The notes beneath the pieces were generated by a model that saw nothing but the letters and a program-made list of their open reading frames with translations, did no database searches and was not told the origin of the DNA. From assembly GCA_038087875.1 (NCBI GenBank), contig CM075990.1, positions 16,184,001-16,248,000 on the forward strand: a stretch of DNA of 64,000 nt, in the 5' to 3' direction. The translations under genes and the position numbers were made by a program. Below are positions 25,606 to 37,146 of this stretch, one piece after another. Source of the stretch: Malacoraja senta. Lineage: Eukaryota. Numbering within the stretch: position 1 is the first letter of the stretch; each line of letters starts with the position of its first letter.

Positions 25606-26511
25606 CTGAGTTTAAATGATTTTAATAAAACATACCATAAGAAATAGGTAGAAACAGCCGAGAAGCTGAAAACTATCTTACCAAACTGAACAGGAAGCAA
25701 ATAAAGACAGATGTTGGCACAGGGAACTACAGATGTTGGAATCTTGCAGTTGTTGGAGTAACTCAGCAAGTCAGGCAGCACCTCTGGAGGACATGGATAG
25801 GTGATGCTTCGGGCCGGGACTCAGACCGAACAAGGGTTCTGATCCGAAACATCACCTATCCATGTCTTCCAGAGATGCTGCATGGTCTGCTGAATTAGTT
25901 TAGTTTAGTTAGATAGTTTACTCCCTCACTTTGTGTTATATGGAAGAAAAGAAATTGCTTACCTGAAACCTAGCTCTTGGGAGTAATGGTGAAAGTGTTT
26001 GTATTCTGCATAATTTCCTAAGGAAGTTTGGACGATTGTATATGTGTAGACTATCTCACAAGTTAGCCGAGTATTCAGAATGGGTTCAGATCCACAAAAC
26101 TCTAAATTGCAGATGCTGGTTTACAAAAAAGGGCACAAAGTGCTGGAGTACCACAGCGGGTGAGGCAGCATCTCTCTGGAGAACATGGATAGGCGATGTT
26201 TCGGGTTGGGACTATTTCATACAGAAATAAAGGTGGAAGCTTTCATCTCTGGGTCACCCATGGCAGATCTGCTGTTGGTGAAGCATGAATCAAGGGTTCC
26301 ATCTGTACGGCACCGAGGGCTGAGATAAATACAGAAAATGCTGGGAAAACCTGACAGACCGGGCTGCCTCTGTGGAGAACGGCGACCTTCCATTCAAACT
26401 CAATGGAAGCTTCACTTGGGGGTGCTTGGCTCCACACTAAAACTGGCGATGAAAACTAGAGGAATGAATGGACCTGAAATAACAACGTCACTGTGCTAAT
26501 GAAATGTTACA

Positions 26512-27252
26512 AGGGCCTGTCCCACTTTCATGAGTTATTCATGAATTCTCCCGAGTTTTCCCCTTGATTCAAACTCGCAGAATGTTCGTAACAAGTCCGT
26601 AGGAGGTCGTAGGAGTTCGTAGATATATCGTAGCGGCTCGTTATGCTAGCCGTAGGTACTCGTGGCATCAGGTAATGGGGATGTCCCACTGTACGAGGTA
26701 ATTCAAGAGCTCTCCCGAGTTTAAAAAAAAATCAAACTCGTGGAAGCACGTAGCATGTACGAGGCGGGTACGTCGGAGCTCAGGACGTCTCTTAGCGGCT
26801 CGTAACGCTAACGGCAGGTACTCGGGCAACGCGGTAAGCTCGGGAAGACTCGTGGAGATTTTTCAACATGTTTAAAAATGTCCACGAGAGCCCCGAGTAC
26901 CTACGAGCGGCTGTTACCGTAATTCTCCGAGTTCGAATCAGGGCAAACTCGGAAGAACTCTTGAATGAACTCGTACAGTGGGACAGGGCCATTAGTCGGG
27001 ATGTTTTTTCCAGCCCGATATAACATGTCCACGAGTAAAAAAATGGTCGGGATGAAAGAAATTGCAACTTTTTACTCGTAAGGAGGGCATCGACATAGTC
27101 GTGGGAATTCGTAGACATACTCGCAGGAGTTCGTGAACATAGTCATGGAAGGTCGTAGGAGTTTGTAGATTACCACAATCTTGATTTTTTTTTTTAGGTC
27201 CTTTAAACTCAGCAGAGGTTTTGAATTAAGTCGTGAAAGTGGGATAGGCCCT
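26512..27252. mobile_element. MITE of the same TIR family with a related MITE nested at about 26676-26991
   Basis: Outer AGGGCCTGTCCCACTTTCA...TGAAAGTGGGATAGGCCCT; inner TGTCCCACTGTACGAG...CTCGTACAGTGGGACA. Confidence 0.75.
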
Positions 27253-27509
27253 AAAGGAAGCCCTTCTAAGATAAGACATACAAATATGTCAGCCTTCATA
27301 CATGAGTGAGCATTCACAACTACTAGGTAGCAGGCGATTAATAAACCATAAGACCATAACACAGAGGAGCAGGCCCTTTGAGTCTACTCCACCATTTGAT
27401 AATGGCTGATCTATTTTTCCCTCTCAACCCCATTCTCCAGCCTTCTCCCCATAACCTTCGATGCCTAAACCAGAAGGCTCTGCTGAAACTGTACACAATG
27501 CCAGATTAC

Positions 27510-27602
27510 CTCTTTGTTGGGGTAGTCGGTTTTGATCTCTGCTGCCAACTCCACGCCAGCAAGCCCACCTCCAACCACAACAATGGTTTCAGCTTTCTGA
27601 AT
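27510..27602 (-). CDS. AIFM2: AIFM2/FSP1 copy B, coding exon 4
   Basis: 93 nt, tag|ATT...GAG|gtaat; [31 protein letters not shown]. Confidence 0.95.
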
Positions 27603-28727
27603 CTAGAGGGAACAAGGAAAAGAAAGCCTTGCTTTTATATGGCACCTGTCACATCTCAGTTGTCCCAAAGTGCTCTGTGGTCAAATAAGTGCAGAATCTA
27701 TCTTGATGAAAAAAATGCAAAAAATGCACATCGCCAATTCCCAGAAATATGAATGTGATAAAGGATACATCATAAAGAACAGCACCAATTTTCCTATTAA
27801 AAAAAAAAATTGCAACTGCTTAATTATCGCAACATAATAGATTTATCCGTGGACAATGTTTTAAAAAGAAAAGCTCCATCAAAACCTATGCTTTTGTGGA
27901 CAGTGAGGGTGTTTGTTAAAGTATGCAGTGGGATCTACGTCAGGTGGTGGTGGACAAAGATCTTATAGCAAGCTCGCTATAAGATCTTTGGTGGTGGAGC
28001 CAGATACAAATAGTGGCAATTAAAGAGGATTTTGGAATGACAAAGAGTATTGCTTTAAGGCCAGAGGCCGGGGGAAAGTTTAAAGATGTGTTGGACAAGT
28101 GATTTTACATAGACTGGTGCGTACCTGGAATGCGTTGCCAGGAGTGGTGGTGGAAGCAGTGGCATTTAAGAGACTTTTAGATAGGCACATGATCAGAGAA
28201 ACATAGAAAATAGGTGCAGGAGTAGGCCATTCGGCCCTTCGAACCAGCACCGCCATTCAATATGATCATGGCTGATCATCCAAAATCAATACCCTGTTCC
28301 GGCTCTTTCCCCATATCCCTTGATTCCCTTAGCCCTAAGAGCTAAATCTTACTCTCTCTTGAAAACATCCAGTGAATTGGCCTCCACTGCCTTTTGTGGC
28401 AGAGAATTAGACGGATTCACAACTCTCTGGGTGAAAAAGGTTTACCCCATCACAGTCCTAAATGGGCGACCCCTGGGAATAAAGGGATATGAATCAGATG
28501 CAGGCAGAAGAGATCAGTATAACGTGGCACCCTGTACTGTGTGGACATTGTGGGCTGAAGCGACTGTTCCTGTTCTAAATGTTCTAAAACTTGGCCATGT
28601 CAATTCCTTTTGACTTTAGCAAGATGGCAAGTATTTGACTCAAATGTAACCAAATTAATTCTGTCTAATTCTTAGAGATTCCAGCAATGAAAACAACCAA
28701 ATTGCATGAAAAAAGTTAATCGTTTTA

Positions 28728-28965
28728 AGGGCCTGTCCCACTTTCACGACCTAATTTGCGACCTCTGCCGAGTTTGCCCTTGACTCATACTCGCAGCATG
28801 GTCGTCATGAGGTCGTAGGAGGTCGTAGGTAGGTCGTAGCAGGCCGTGATGCTAGTCGTAGGTACTCGTGGCATCAAGTAGGTCGGGGCGTTTCTTCTAG
28901 CCTGATGAAAAATGTCCACGAGTAAAAAAGGTTGTGAATTAGGTCGTGAAAGTGGGACAGGCCCT
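28728..28965. mobile_element. PIF/Harbinger-type MITE
   Basis: TTA|AGGGCCTGTCCCACTTTCACGACCTAATT...AATTAGGTCGTGAAAGTGGGACAGGCCCT|TTA: 29-bp perfect TIR and 3-bp TTA duplication. Confidence 0.8.
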
Positions 28966-29769
28966 TTACTTTCAGGTTACCTCAAGCATAATGGGTACGT
29001 TCACACCCTAAGCCAGATGTCCATTGAAAGTTGCATCAGGCAGGCTTTTGGCATCAGTGACATCAATGATGTGGCCACCAAGCCCACCAATAATCAGACG
29101 AAAAAAGGTAGTCAACGTTGCAAATTGCCCCAGTTGCGTCCCAACGGAAGAACAATGATGTATTGGTAATAATAGAATGGATCTATCTATCCCACAGGAG
29201 ATTCAGTGGTTGGGAGTGCAGACAATGGAAACCTGGGCTGTATAACGTTTCTGTGGAATGGACAGTACTGATGAACCATACAGATATTTCCCATCCTCTC
29301 TCTCTTGTGGAGTGAAAGTAAAATAGCAATGATTATTTGATTGGTATGGGTGTCAGGGGTTATGGGGAGAAGGCAGGAGAATTGGGTTGAGAAGGAAGGG
29401 TAGATCAGCCATGATTGAATGGCAGAGTAGACTTAATGGGCCGAATGGCCTAATTCTGCTCCGAGAACACATGACGGTGAGAATAAAGTGTGTCAGCTAA
29501 ACTCGTAGGAAGAAACTGCAGATGCTGGTCTAAACCGAAGATAGACACAAAATGCCGGAGTAACTCAACGGGACAGGCAGCATCTCTGGAGAGAAGGAAT
29601 GGGTGACGTTTCGGGTCAAGACTGCTCTTCAGGATCTCGACCCGAAACGTCACCCATTCCTTCTCTCCAGAGATGCTGCCCTTCGTGCTGAGTTACTCCA
29701 GCATTTTGTGTCTATTATCAGATAAACAAACTCGTTGGTTTACTCAACCACAATCCACATTAACATTAC

Positions 29770-29889
29770 CTCCTGTACCAAATCTTCATACATCTGGATG
29801 GCAGTTTCTCTACTAATCGGTTCAATTAATTTCCCAGGGAATGGGCCTGTGCTTCCAGTTGCCAGAATAAGATGTGTATAATGTATGAC
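29770..29889 (-). CDS. AIFM2: AIFM2/FSP1 copy B, coding exon 3
   Basis: 120 nt, aag|GTC...GAG|gtaatg; [40 protein letters not shown]. Confidence 0.95.
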
Positions 29890-30009
29890 CTTCAAAAGAC
29901 AATAAAATTTGACAAGTTTATTGGGATTGAAATGTGTGATAATTAACTTAACATTCAAAGATATTTCTGACAAATTCCATTATTAAAAGATCTGAAGTAT
30001 TATTTTTAC

Positions 30010-30125
30010 CTCTCCATTCTCCATTATAACGTTCTGGCCGTCCAGATCAATATCACTGACTTTACCTTGTTTGAAGTTCTCTTTGAATGTCTGGTCATAT
30101 GATATGAATGTTTTCTTTGCAAACC
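30010..30125 (-). CDS. AIFM2: AIFM2/FSP1 copy B, coding exon 2
   Basis: 116 nt, tag|GG...GAG|gtaaa; [38 protein letters not shown]. Confidence 0.95.
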
Positions 30126-31033
30126 CTAAATAAAAATATGCACGACATAGGTGGTATGAAAGTGTTAAGAACATCATGAGATATAGGGAGGAAGATATAT
30201 CACCCATTGCAGTTGCCCCTTACAAAATACAATATATTGTCTCATACTAAAGCCGTTGAATGTAAAGGATAAGTAGTTGACCTTATATTTAAGACTTGAA
30301 TGTTTGGAGTTATTTGCTCTGGAGACTGTAACCTATAACCTATAACTGAACATTATTTTTGGATGCTACATGTAGTCATGATGCTTACAGCAAATACAAA
30401 AGCCCTTGGTGAGACCACACTTGGAGTACTGTACACAACTTTTCTCACCTTACCTGCAGAAAGATATACTTGCTGCAGCTGGAGTGCAGTGGATTTACAC
30501 AAGTGGTTCCATGGATGACAGGTGCATCATTTGAGGGGTTATTGAGTTGGTTGGGCCCCTATTCTGAAGAAGGTACCGACCAGAAACGTCACCTATCCAT
30601 GTCCTCCAGAGATTCTGCCTGACCCGTTGGGTTACTCCAGCACTTTGTGTTTTATTCAAGTTTCCAGTATCTGCAGTTCCTTGTGTTGCCCTCTTCCCTC
30701 GTTTTGTACAATATGAGGTGACCTCACTGAAACATTCTCTGGGGGGTCTGTGAGAGGAGAGTTGGAGTGGATGTCCCCTGGCTAAAGGGTCGAGAACTAG
30801 GAGTCACAGCCTCAAAATAAGAGAGTGAGGAACAATGTCTTCACCCAAAAGGTGATGAATGTTTGGAGTTATTTGCTCTGGAGACTGTGAGGGCTTAGTC
30901 AATGATTCCATTCAAGACTGAGATCAGGTTTTTGAACCTGGGACAGGGTGTGAAAATGGTGCCAAGGTAGAAGATCAGCCATGATCTTAATGAGAGGCAG
31001 AGCAGGCACAAGGAACCATATGAACTACTCCTG

Positions 31034-31772
31034 CACCTCCGCCCTGCACCTCGGCTTCGGTGGCGGCACAGCTCTGGAGCGCTGTCGCGGAGCGTAGCGG
31101 GCGATGTCTTGCCTGGATCGCCGCGCTGGATCGCCGCGCTGGAGCTCCGGTAAGCTGTGACCACCGAGGTCAACACCTCCGGGCTGCGGGACTGCGGAGA
31201 GGATCGGGCGGCGCCCACTTTAACATCGGGAGCCTTGGAGCTCCAAACCGGCGCGGCCTTGTCGGCTTCGGGAGCTGCGGCCTCCGGTGCGGAATGCGGC
31301 CGTTCCAGGTGGCCCAGCCACTAGAGGACTCTCCCGACGCCGGGGCAACATCACCCGGTGAGAACGGCCAGGAACATCGGGCCTCTGTAGAGGCAATAGC
31401 GGAGGCCTCAATAGGCCTGACTTTGGGTGAACTGGGGTTGGGGACTGGACATTGTGCCTTCCCCCACAGTGGAAACCATTGTGGGGGGATGATTTTTTGT
31501 ATGTTGTGTCTATGTTAGTCTGTGTCCAAGATGGCGGTCGGAGGGGAGAGTGGACGCTGGCGCGGTTTAGTTGCCGCTGCTCTCTCATCACATTGTGTTT
31601 CTGATTTTCTTTTTTGTGTCTTTGCATTGAATTCTGTCTTTCATTTGTGTAATTGTGATGTCTTTATAACTTATTTTATCCCGATTATTTGTTTCTTTGT
31701 TAACTCTGTAAGGTGTCCTTGAGACTTTGGTATAGGCGCCCACAAATAAAATGTATTATTATTATTATTATT
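31034..31772 (+). mobile_element. GC-rich non-autonomous retroelement with an L2-like 3' tail
   Basis: Ends TGTAAGGTGTCCTTGAG...AGGCGC...AATAAAATG(TAT)n; ACTCCTG flanks both ends. Confidence 0.55.
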
Positions 31773-33139
31773 ACTCCTGATTCTACTATGTTCTTCTGTC
31801 TCTGAGGAATTGTAAATGGAATGGATCATTATGTACAGGAAGGAACTGCAGGTGCTGGTTTACACCGAAGATAGACACAAAATGCTGGAGTAACTCAGCG
31901 GAACAGGCAGCATCTCTGGAGAGAAGGAAAGGGTGACGTTTTGGGTCGAGTCCCTCCTTCAGAGGGAGTTACCGAGATAAGGAAGTGTAAGTTAAATGAG
32001 ATGCAGATCAAGGAATATGTAGAAGAGACCATTGTTAGCAAGTCTTCAGTCAACTTCCTCATAGTTGCCCTCATCAACGAAGGAAGATCATTGTTGAAGT
32101 AGCTGAAGGAGATTCAAGAGACTGAGGAATTCCTGCAGCAATGTTCTTGGGCTAAGGTTGATGATTTTCACCATTCCAGGTCACACACAATGCTAACATG
32201 GGTATGGACTGCCATTCACTGTTGTTGGATCTGAATCCTGCAATTCACTGCTGAAAATTCAGTGGGAGGACCTCCCCCAGAAGGACTGCTGTGGTAGTGG
32301 TGAGATACCTTCTTGAAGGTAATTAAGGAAGGCTTAGAAATGGTGGTCTTGCTAGTGATGACCCAGACTCCAATACTGAGTAAATCATTCCCCAGATGTT
32401 GGTGAGGATGACTTTGCAAGATCACTTGGCCGAGAGTGACATTATCATGCTGGTACCCGGGTTGATGCTGAATGATTCATTAGTTTTATTCCTGATCTTT
32501 TCGGGGAGGCTGCCTCAATTCAACCAAGCGGCTTGTTGGGCCATTTCAGGAGGAGCACTTGAGAGGTCATTGTTGGTGGGCCTGGAGCCATACAGTAAGG
32601 ACTGTGGATTTCTTACCCTGCAGGACATGAATGAACCAGTTGTGCATTTACCACACTCCAGCAGTTTCATGCGGCTAGATATTTTTAAATTAACTCGACA
32701 TAGGAGTGGTGGGTGTATCGAACAGGCTGCCAGAGGAGGTAGTTGAGGCAGGGACTATCACAATGTTTAAGAAACAATTAACCAGGTACATGGATGGGAC
32801 AGGTTTAGAGGGATATGGACCACGCACAGGCAGGTGGGACTAGTGTCGCAGGGGCATGGAGGCCAGCATGGGCAAGTTGGGCCGAAGGGCCTGTTTTCAC
32901 ACTGTATGACTATAAATGAGATCGCAAATGATTTCAAAACCCCAAAGAATAAAAAGGAGATAGTTAACATTTTGAATTTTCTGTACTTTCTGCTGATGCA
33001 ACCTTAACCTGTTCACTGCCAAGATGTTTTTTCACGTGTATGCTGACCCGAGTATTCTCGGGGGTGGCACTGAACAGGTTAAACCACGTCAATGTAATCC
33101 ATGTATGTATTTCGGGGCCCTTATTTTCCTCCAGTTTAC

Positions 33140-33314
33140 CTTCCTGTACCGATGCTCTCAGTGCACCCATGTTGTGATGGAAGGCGTACTTTATGTCAAT
33201 GAGTGTGTATGGGATCCTGTAGTTTGACAATTGCTTTGCTGCTGCTATCCCTCCAAAGCCTCCGCCGACTATGACGACATGTTCATTTTTACCGACGGAC
33301 AATCTCCCTCCCAT
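33140..33314 (-). CDS. AIFM2: AIFM2/FSP1 copy B, first coding exon; the 8 exons sum to 1122 nt (373 aa plus stop) with no disruption
   Basis: ATG at 33314, acceptor with exon start at 33321, donor G|gtaaa; MGGRLS myristoylation motif, GGGFGG, FHHN..ALRASV. Confidence 0.95.
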
Positions 33315-34418
33315 TGCGTCTCTGTTCGAAGGAGAGAAAGTGGAAGAATCAAAATAGAATTCGAGGAACCTACATTTTGGTTCAGTTTAGTTTAGTTTGG
33401 AGATACACCTCAAAAACGGGCCCTTCGGCCCACCGATTCCGCACCAACCAGCGATCCCCGCACATTAACACTATCCTGCACACACTATCCTGACAATTTA
33501 CACATACACCAAGCCAATTAGCCTACAAACCTGTACGTCTTTAGAATGTGGGGGGGAAACCGAACATCTCGGAGAAAGCAGAGTTGCCTGATGGTACAGG
33601 CTCCGCAGGTAGAAGGTACAGGAGCCTGAAATCTGCAACATCCAGGTTCAGGAATAGCTGCTTCCCCACAGCCATCAGACTATTAAACACAACTTCAAAC
33701 AAACTCTGAACTATAACAGCCTATTGCACTTTATCTGTTTATTTATATGTGTATATATATATATATTCTATGGTATGGGGTCACACTGATCTGTTCTGTA
33801 TTTATGCCTACAATATTCTGTTGTGCTGCAGCAAGCAAGACTTTCACTGACCTATCTGGGACACATGACAATAAACTCACTTGACTTGACTTGACTTAAC
33901 ATTATAGGTCAACAATGCTTCATTAGCACTGGGATGAGACCATCCTTCATCACCCTTGGGGTGGTACGAAGCTATTTGAACTAAAGTTCACTATGAGGTT
34001 TCTTCCTTTAAGACTATTTTAAAAAACAATAGCAATAATGGCAGTAGGAAATAACGTTAAATAATATAACAGTTCAAAGTTCATAATATAAAAAGTTCAA
34101 AGATAAAGTCATTTTAAATCCTGCCTGGTTGCTCTGTTTTTTACCAAAGCATATTTTAGTTTATACCGAAGATAGACACAAAATGCTGGAGTAACTCAGT
34201 GGGTATTGCACTCTCTGGAAACAAGTAATAGATTATGTTTCGGGTCTCAAGAAGGGTTCTGACCCGAAACATCACTGATTCCTTTTCTCCAGAGATTCTG
34301 CCTGACGCACTGAGTTACTCCAGCATTTGGTGTCTATCTTTGGCATAGGGTATGCTTGCCTTCATCAGTCGGGACATTGAGTATAAACATTGAGACGTCT
34401 TGAAGTGTTGGTTGGCAT

Positions 34419-34618
34419 NNNNNNNNNNNNNNNNNNNNNNNNNNNNNNNNNNNNNNNNNNNNNNNNNNNNNNNNNNNNNNNNNNNNNNNNNNNNNNNNNN
34501 NNNNNNNNNNNNNNNNNNNNNNNNNNNNNNNNNNNNNNNNNNNNNNNNNNNNNNNNNNNNNNNNNNNNNNNNNNNNNNNNNNNNNNNNNNNNNNNNNNNN
34601 NNNNNNNNNNNNNNNNNN
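34419..34618. other. Assembly gap (200 N, probably a fixed-size placeholder)
   Basis: Run of N; the genes on both sides lack their 5' ends. Confidence 0.99.
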
Positions 34619-34706
34619 TTCACAATAGATGAGTAAATAACCAACCAAATAAGTGATGATGTAGAAGGAACTTGGTCATTCATTTTGATTTTGTTTATCT
34701 TCTTAG

Positions 34707-34774
34707 GCAAACGACCCCGACTCAGAAATGTGGGGAGAAGTCAAGTACTCTATACATGGAGCAGGAGCAGATCT
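34707..34774 (+). CDS. CDHR1: CDHR1 (photoreceptor cadherin) internal exon, about human exon 14
   Basis: 68 nt, tag|GCA...CT|gtaagt; ANDPDSEMWGEVKYSIHGAGADL (cadherin AxDxD motif). Confidence 0.92.
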
Positions 34775-36347
34775 GTAAGTAATATTATTCCTCAAAGTCG
34801 CTGTAGGATTAAATGGGGCAGTTCCCACGCCTGAAAATAAATCACACGGGACGAGACTCTGTTCGATTTCCAACGGTCAAGTTACATTGAGCATCAGAAT
34901 AGTTTTCCCAGTCATTTAACAGGCCAACACATTTATTGTGAGGACCATTTGCAGCGGATCTTTGTTCAGCTTGAAGCTACTCCATGTCTGTGGACACTCA
35001 GTGGGGTCTGAGTCATTTTGATTTGAGCCCGATTCTTCCCAGCTGTTATCAGGCAACTGAACCATCCTACCACAACCAGAGAGCAGTGCTGAACTACTGT
35101 CTACCTTATTGGTGACCCTCGGACTATCCTTGATCGGACTTTGCTGGCTTTACCTGGCACTAAACGTTATTCCCTTATCATGTATCTGTGCACTGCAACT
35201 GGCTGGATTGTAATCACGTATTGTCTTTCCGCTGACTGATTAGCACGCAACAAAAGCTTTTCACTGTACATCGGTACACGTGACAGTAAACTAAACTGAA
35301 CACTGGTATCATTGATTAAGCTGCAAAAATAACAGACAACATTGTTTGATCAATAGAGCAATAATGGCACTTTATAATACATCGATGTTGCTGTGATTTC
35401 AGAGTAATTTTGTAAAAATTGCGCTCTTTTATCCGTTTTTTAAAATAAATATTTGTTTTAAAATCAGTTTTGAACTGGATGCGTCTGTGCCTGTTGCATT
35501 AGCTCTCCACCTAGTGGGCACTCAGCTACACTGCATGGTTCCTTTAGCATCCCTGACAACGTCTGAAAATGATCAAGCATTAAACACGTTTAATTATTAA
35601 CCAGAACCAGAATAATAAAATTATTATAGCTATACAGGAAGATTAAATGCAATGCCACAGTACAATCAGTGTATTATTTGATTTGGAGAGGAACCAGCAG
35701 TAGATGGTTCTCCAACTCATCTGCTGGGACCTTATTGGTGGTAGGGATCATGGGTTTAGGAGATGCCATTGGAGTAACCCTGTAGCATACCTTGTAGACG
35801 ACAAGCTGTTCACCCGCTGTTGAAGGGCGGAGAGAATGAAGACACCAGCAACTACAGATGCCCAAATCTTGAGCAAAACACAAAGTGCCGGAGAAACTCA
35901 GCATGTCAGGCAGCATCTGTGGAGGGAATGGATAGGTGATGGATTGGGACCCATCTGAAGACTGGAAACATCACCTATCCATTTTCTCCCATAGATGCTG
36001 CCTAACCCACTGAAGAATGGTCTTGACCAGAAACGTCACCCAATCCTTCTCTCCAGAGATGCTGCCTGTCCTGCTGAGTTACTCCAGCTTTTTGTGTCTA
36101 TCTTCGGTTCCTCCAGCAATTGTGTGTAAGATCAAGCGGGGAATAGATAGGGTAAATGCACAGAGCCTTTTACCCAGAGTAGAAGAATCAAGAACCAGAG
36201 GATATAGTTTTAAGGTGAGAGGGGAAAGATTTAATAGGAGGCTAAAGGGGGAACATTTTCACACAAAGGGTGATGGGGATATGGAAGGGATGCCAGACGA
36301 GGTCATTGATATTATCACAACATTTAAAAAGATATTTGAACAAGTAC

Positions 36348-36628
36348 TGTAGCAAGTCCAAACTTTGTGATCAACCGGTTACTTTATTCGGTGAGATAAG
36401 TTTGACATACATGTGCGTTTGGGACTCTGTAACATATTGATTCATTGCTGCTGCTGCTGCTGAGCGAGGGTGTTGACTCGAGCTCAACTACCTGTTGACT
36501 GATGCTCTCAAGGTAAGATCCGCTGATATAGCAGGACACTCCCCTTAACCCATCACGTCACGTGACAGCCCTCGTAACCACTGACAAGGGTTCGACAGTA
36601 AGCGGTCTGACCATCAGGTGACGCCACA
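36348..36628 (-). mobile_element. Solo LTR (281 bp) nested in a CR1 fragment
   Basis: GTAC|TGT...ACA|GTAC with 4-bp TSD; removing it restores CR1 ...CAAGTACATGGATAG; minus-strand AATAAA at 36383-36388. Confidence 0.75.
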
Positions 36629-36820
36629 GTACATGGATAGGAAAGGATTAGAAGGATGAGGGCCAAATGCAGGCAGGTGGTACTAATGAAGATGAGGCAT
36701 CTTGGTCGGCAAGGGCAAGTGGACTGAAAGGCCTGTTTATGTGCTCTATGACTCCATGAAAGTTTATGTTTTAGAGGGAATGAATGATTAGCATTATTTT
36801 CTTGCATTCTTGCTTTACAG

Positions 36821-37049
36821 ATTTCTGATTCACCCAAGCACAGGAGTTATTTACACTCAGCCCTGGGCTGAGCTGGATGCTGAAGAACAGTCCAAGTACA
36901 ATTTTCACATCAAAGCAGATGATGTGGAAGGGAAACACAGCTTGGCCGAGGTCTTTGTAACAGTTCTCGATGTTAACGACCACTATCCAGAATTTATGGA
37001 GAACTTTTTGGACAAAGTTATGATTATCGGATCACCTGTAAAAGTTGAG
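36821..37049 (+). CDS. CDHR1: CDHR1 exon, about human exon 15
   Basis: 229 nt, cag|A...GAG|gtacg; [21 protein letters not shown]...[13 protein letters not shown]...PVKVE (LDAE and DxND motifs). Confidence 0.95.
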
Positions 37050-37146
37050 GTACGCAACCAGAGCAAAATAATGCGTTACATTTGTTTTGCCCGAGTATGC
37101 AAATGGATGCACAAGATCAGAATTTATAGAGCTTACAAACTATATA

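Noticed and set aside
25963..26101. Possible extra AIFM2-B exon (strong CAG|GTAAG donor on the minus strand, one open frame)
   Set aside because: The open frame does not fit the phase-0 intron, the peptide is unrecognisable, and the 373-aa CDS is complete without it.
30895..31722. Overlapping ORFs of 66-152 aa (similarly 39076-39675 and 57393-57964)
   Set aside because: GC-rich repeat sequence with no domain signature or splice support.
34315..34710. ORFs spanning the N run
   Set aside because: Artefacts of the assembly gap.
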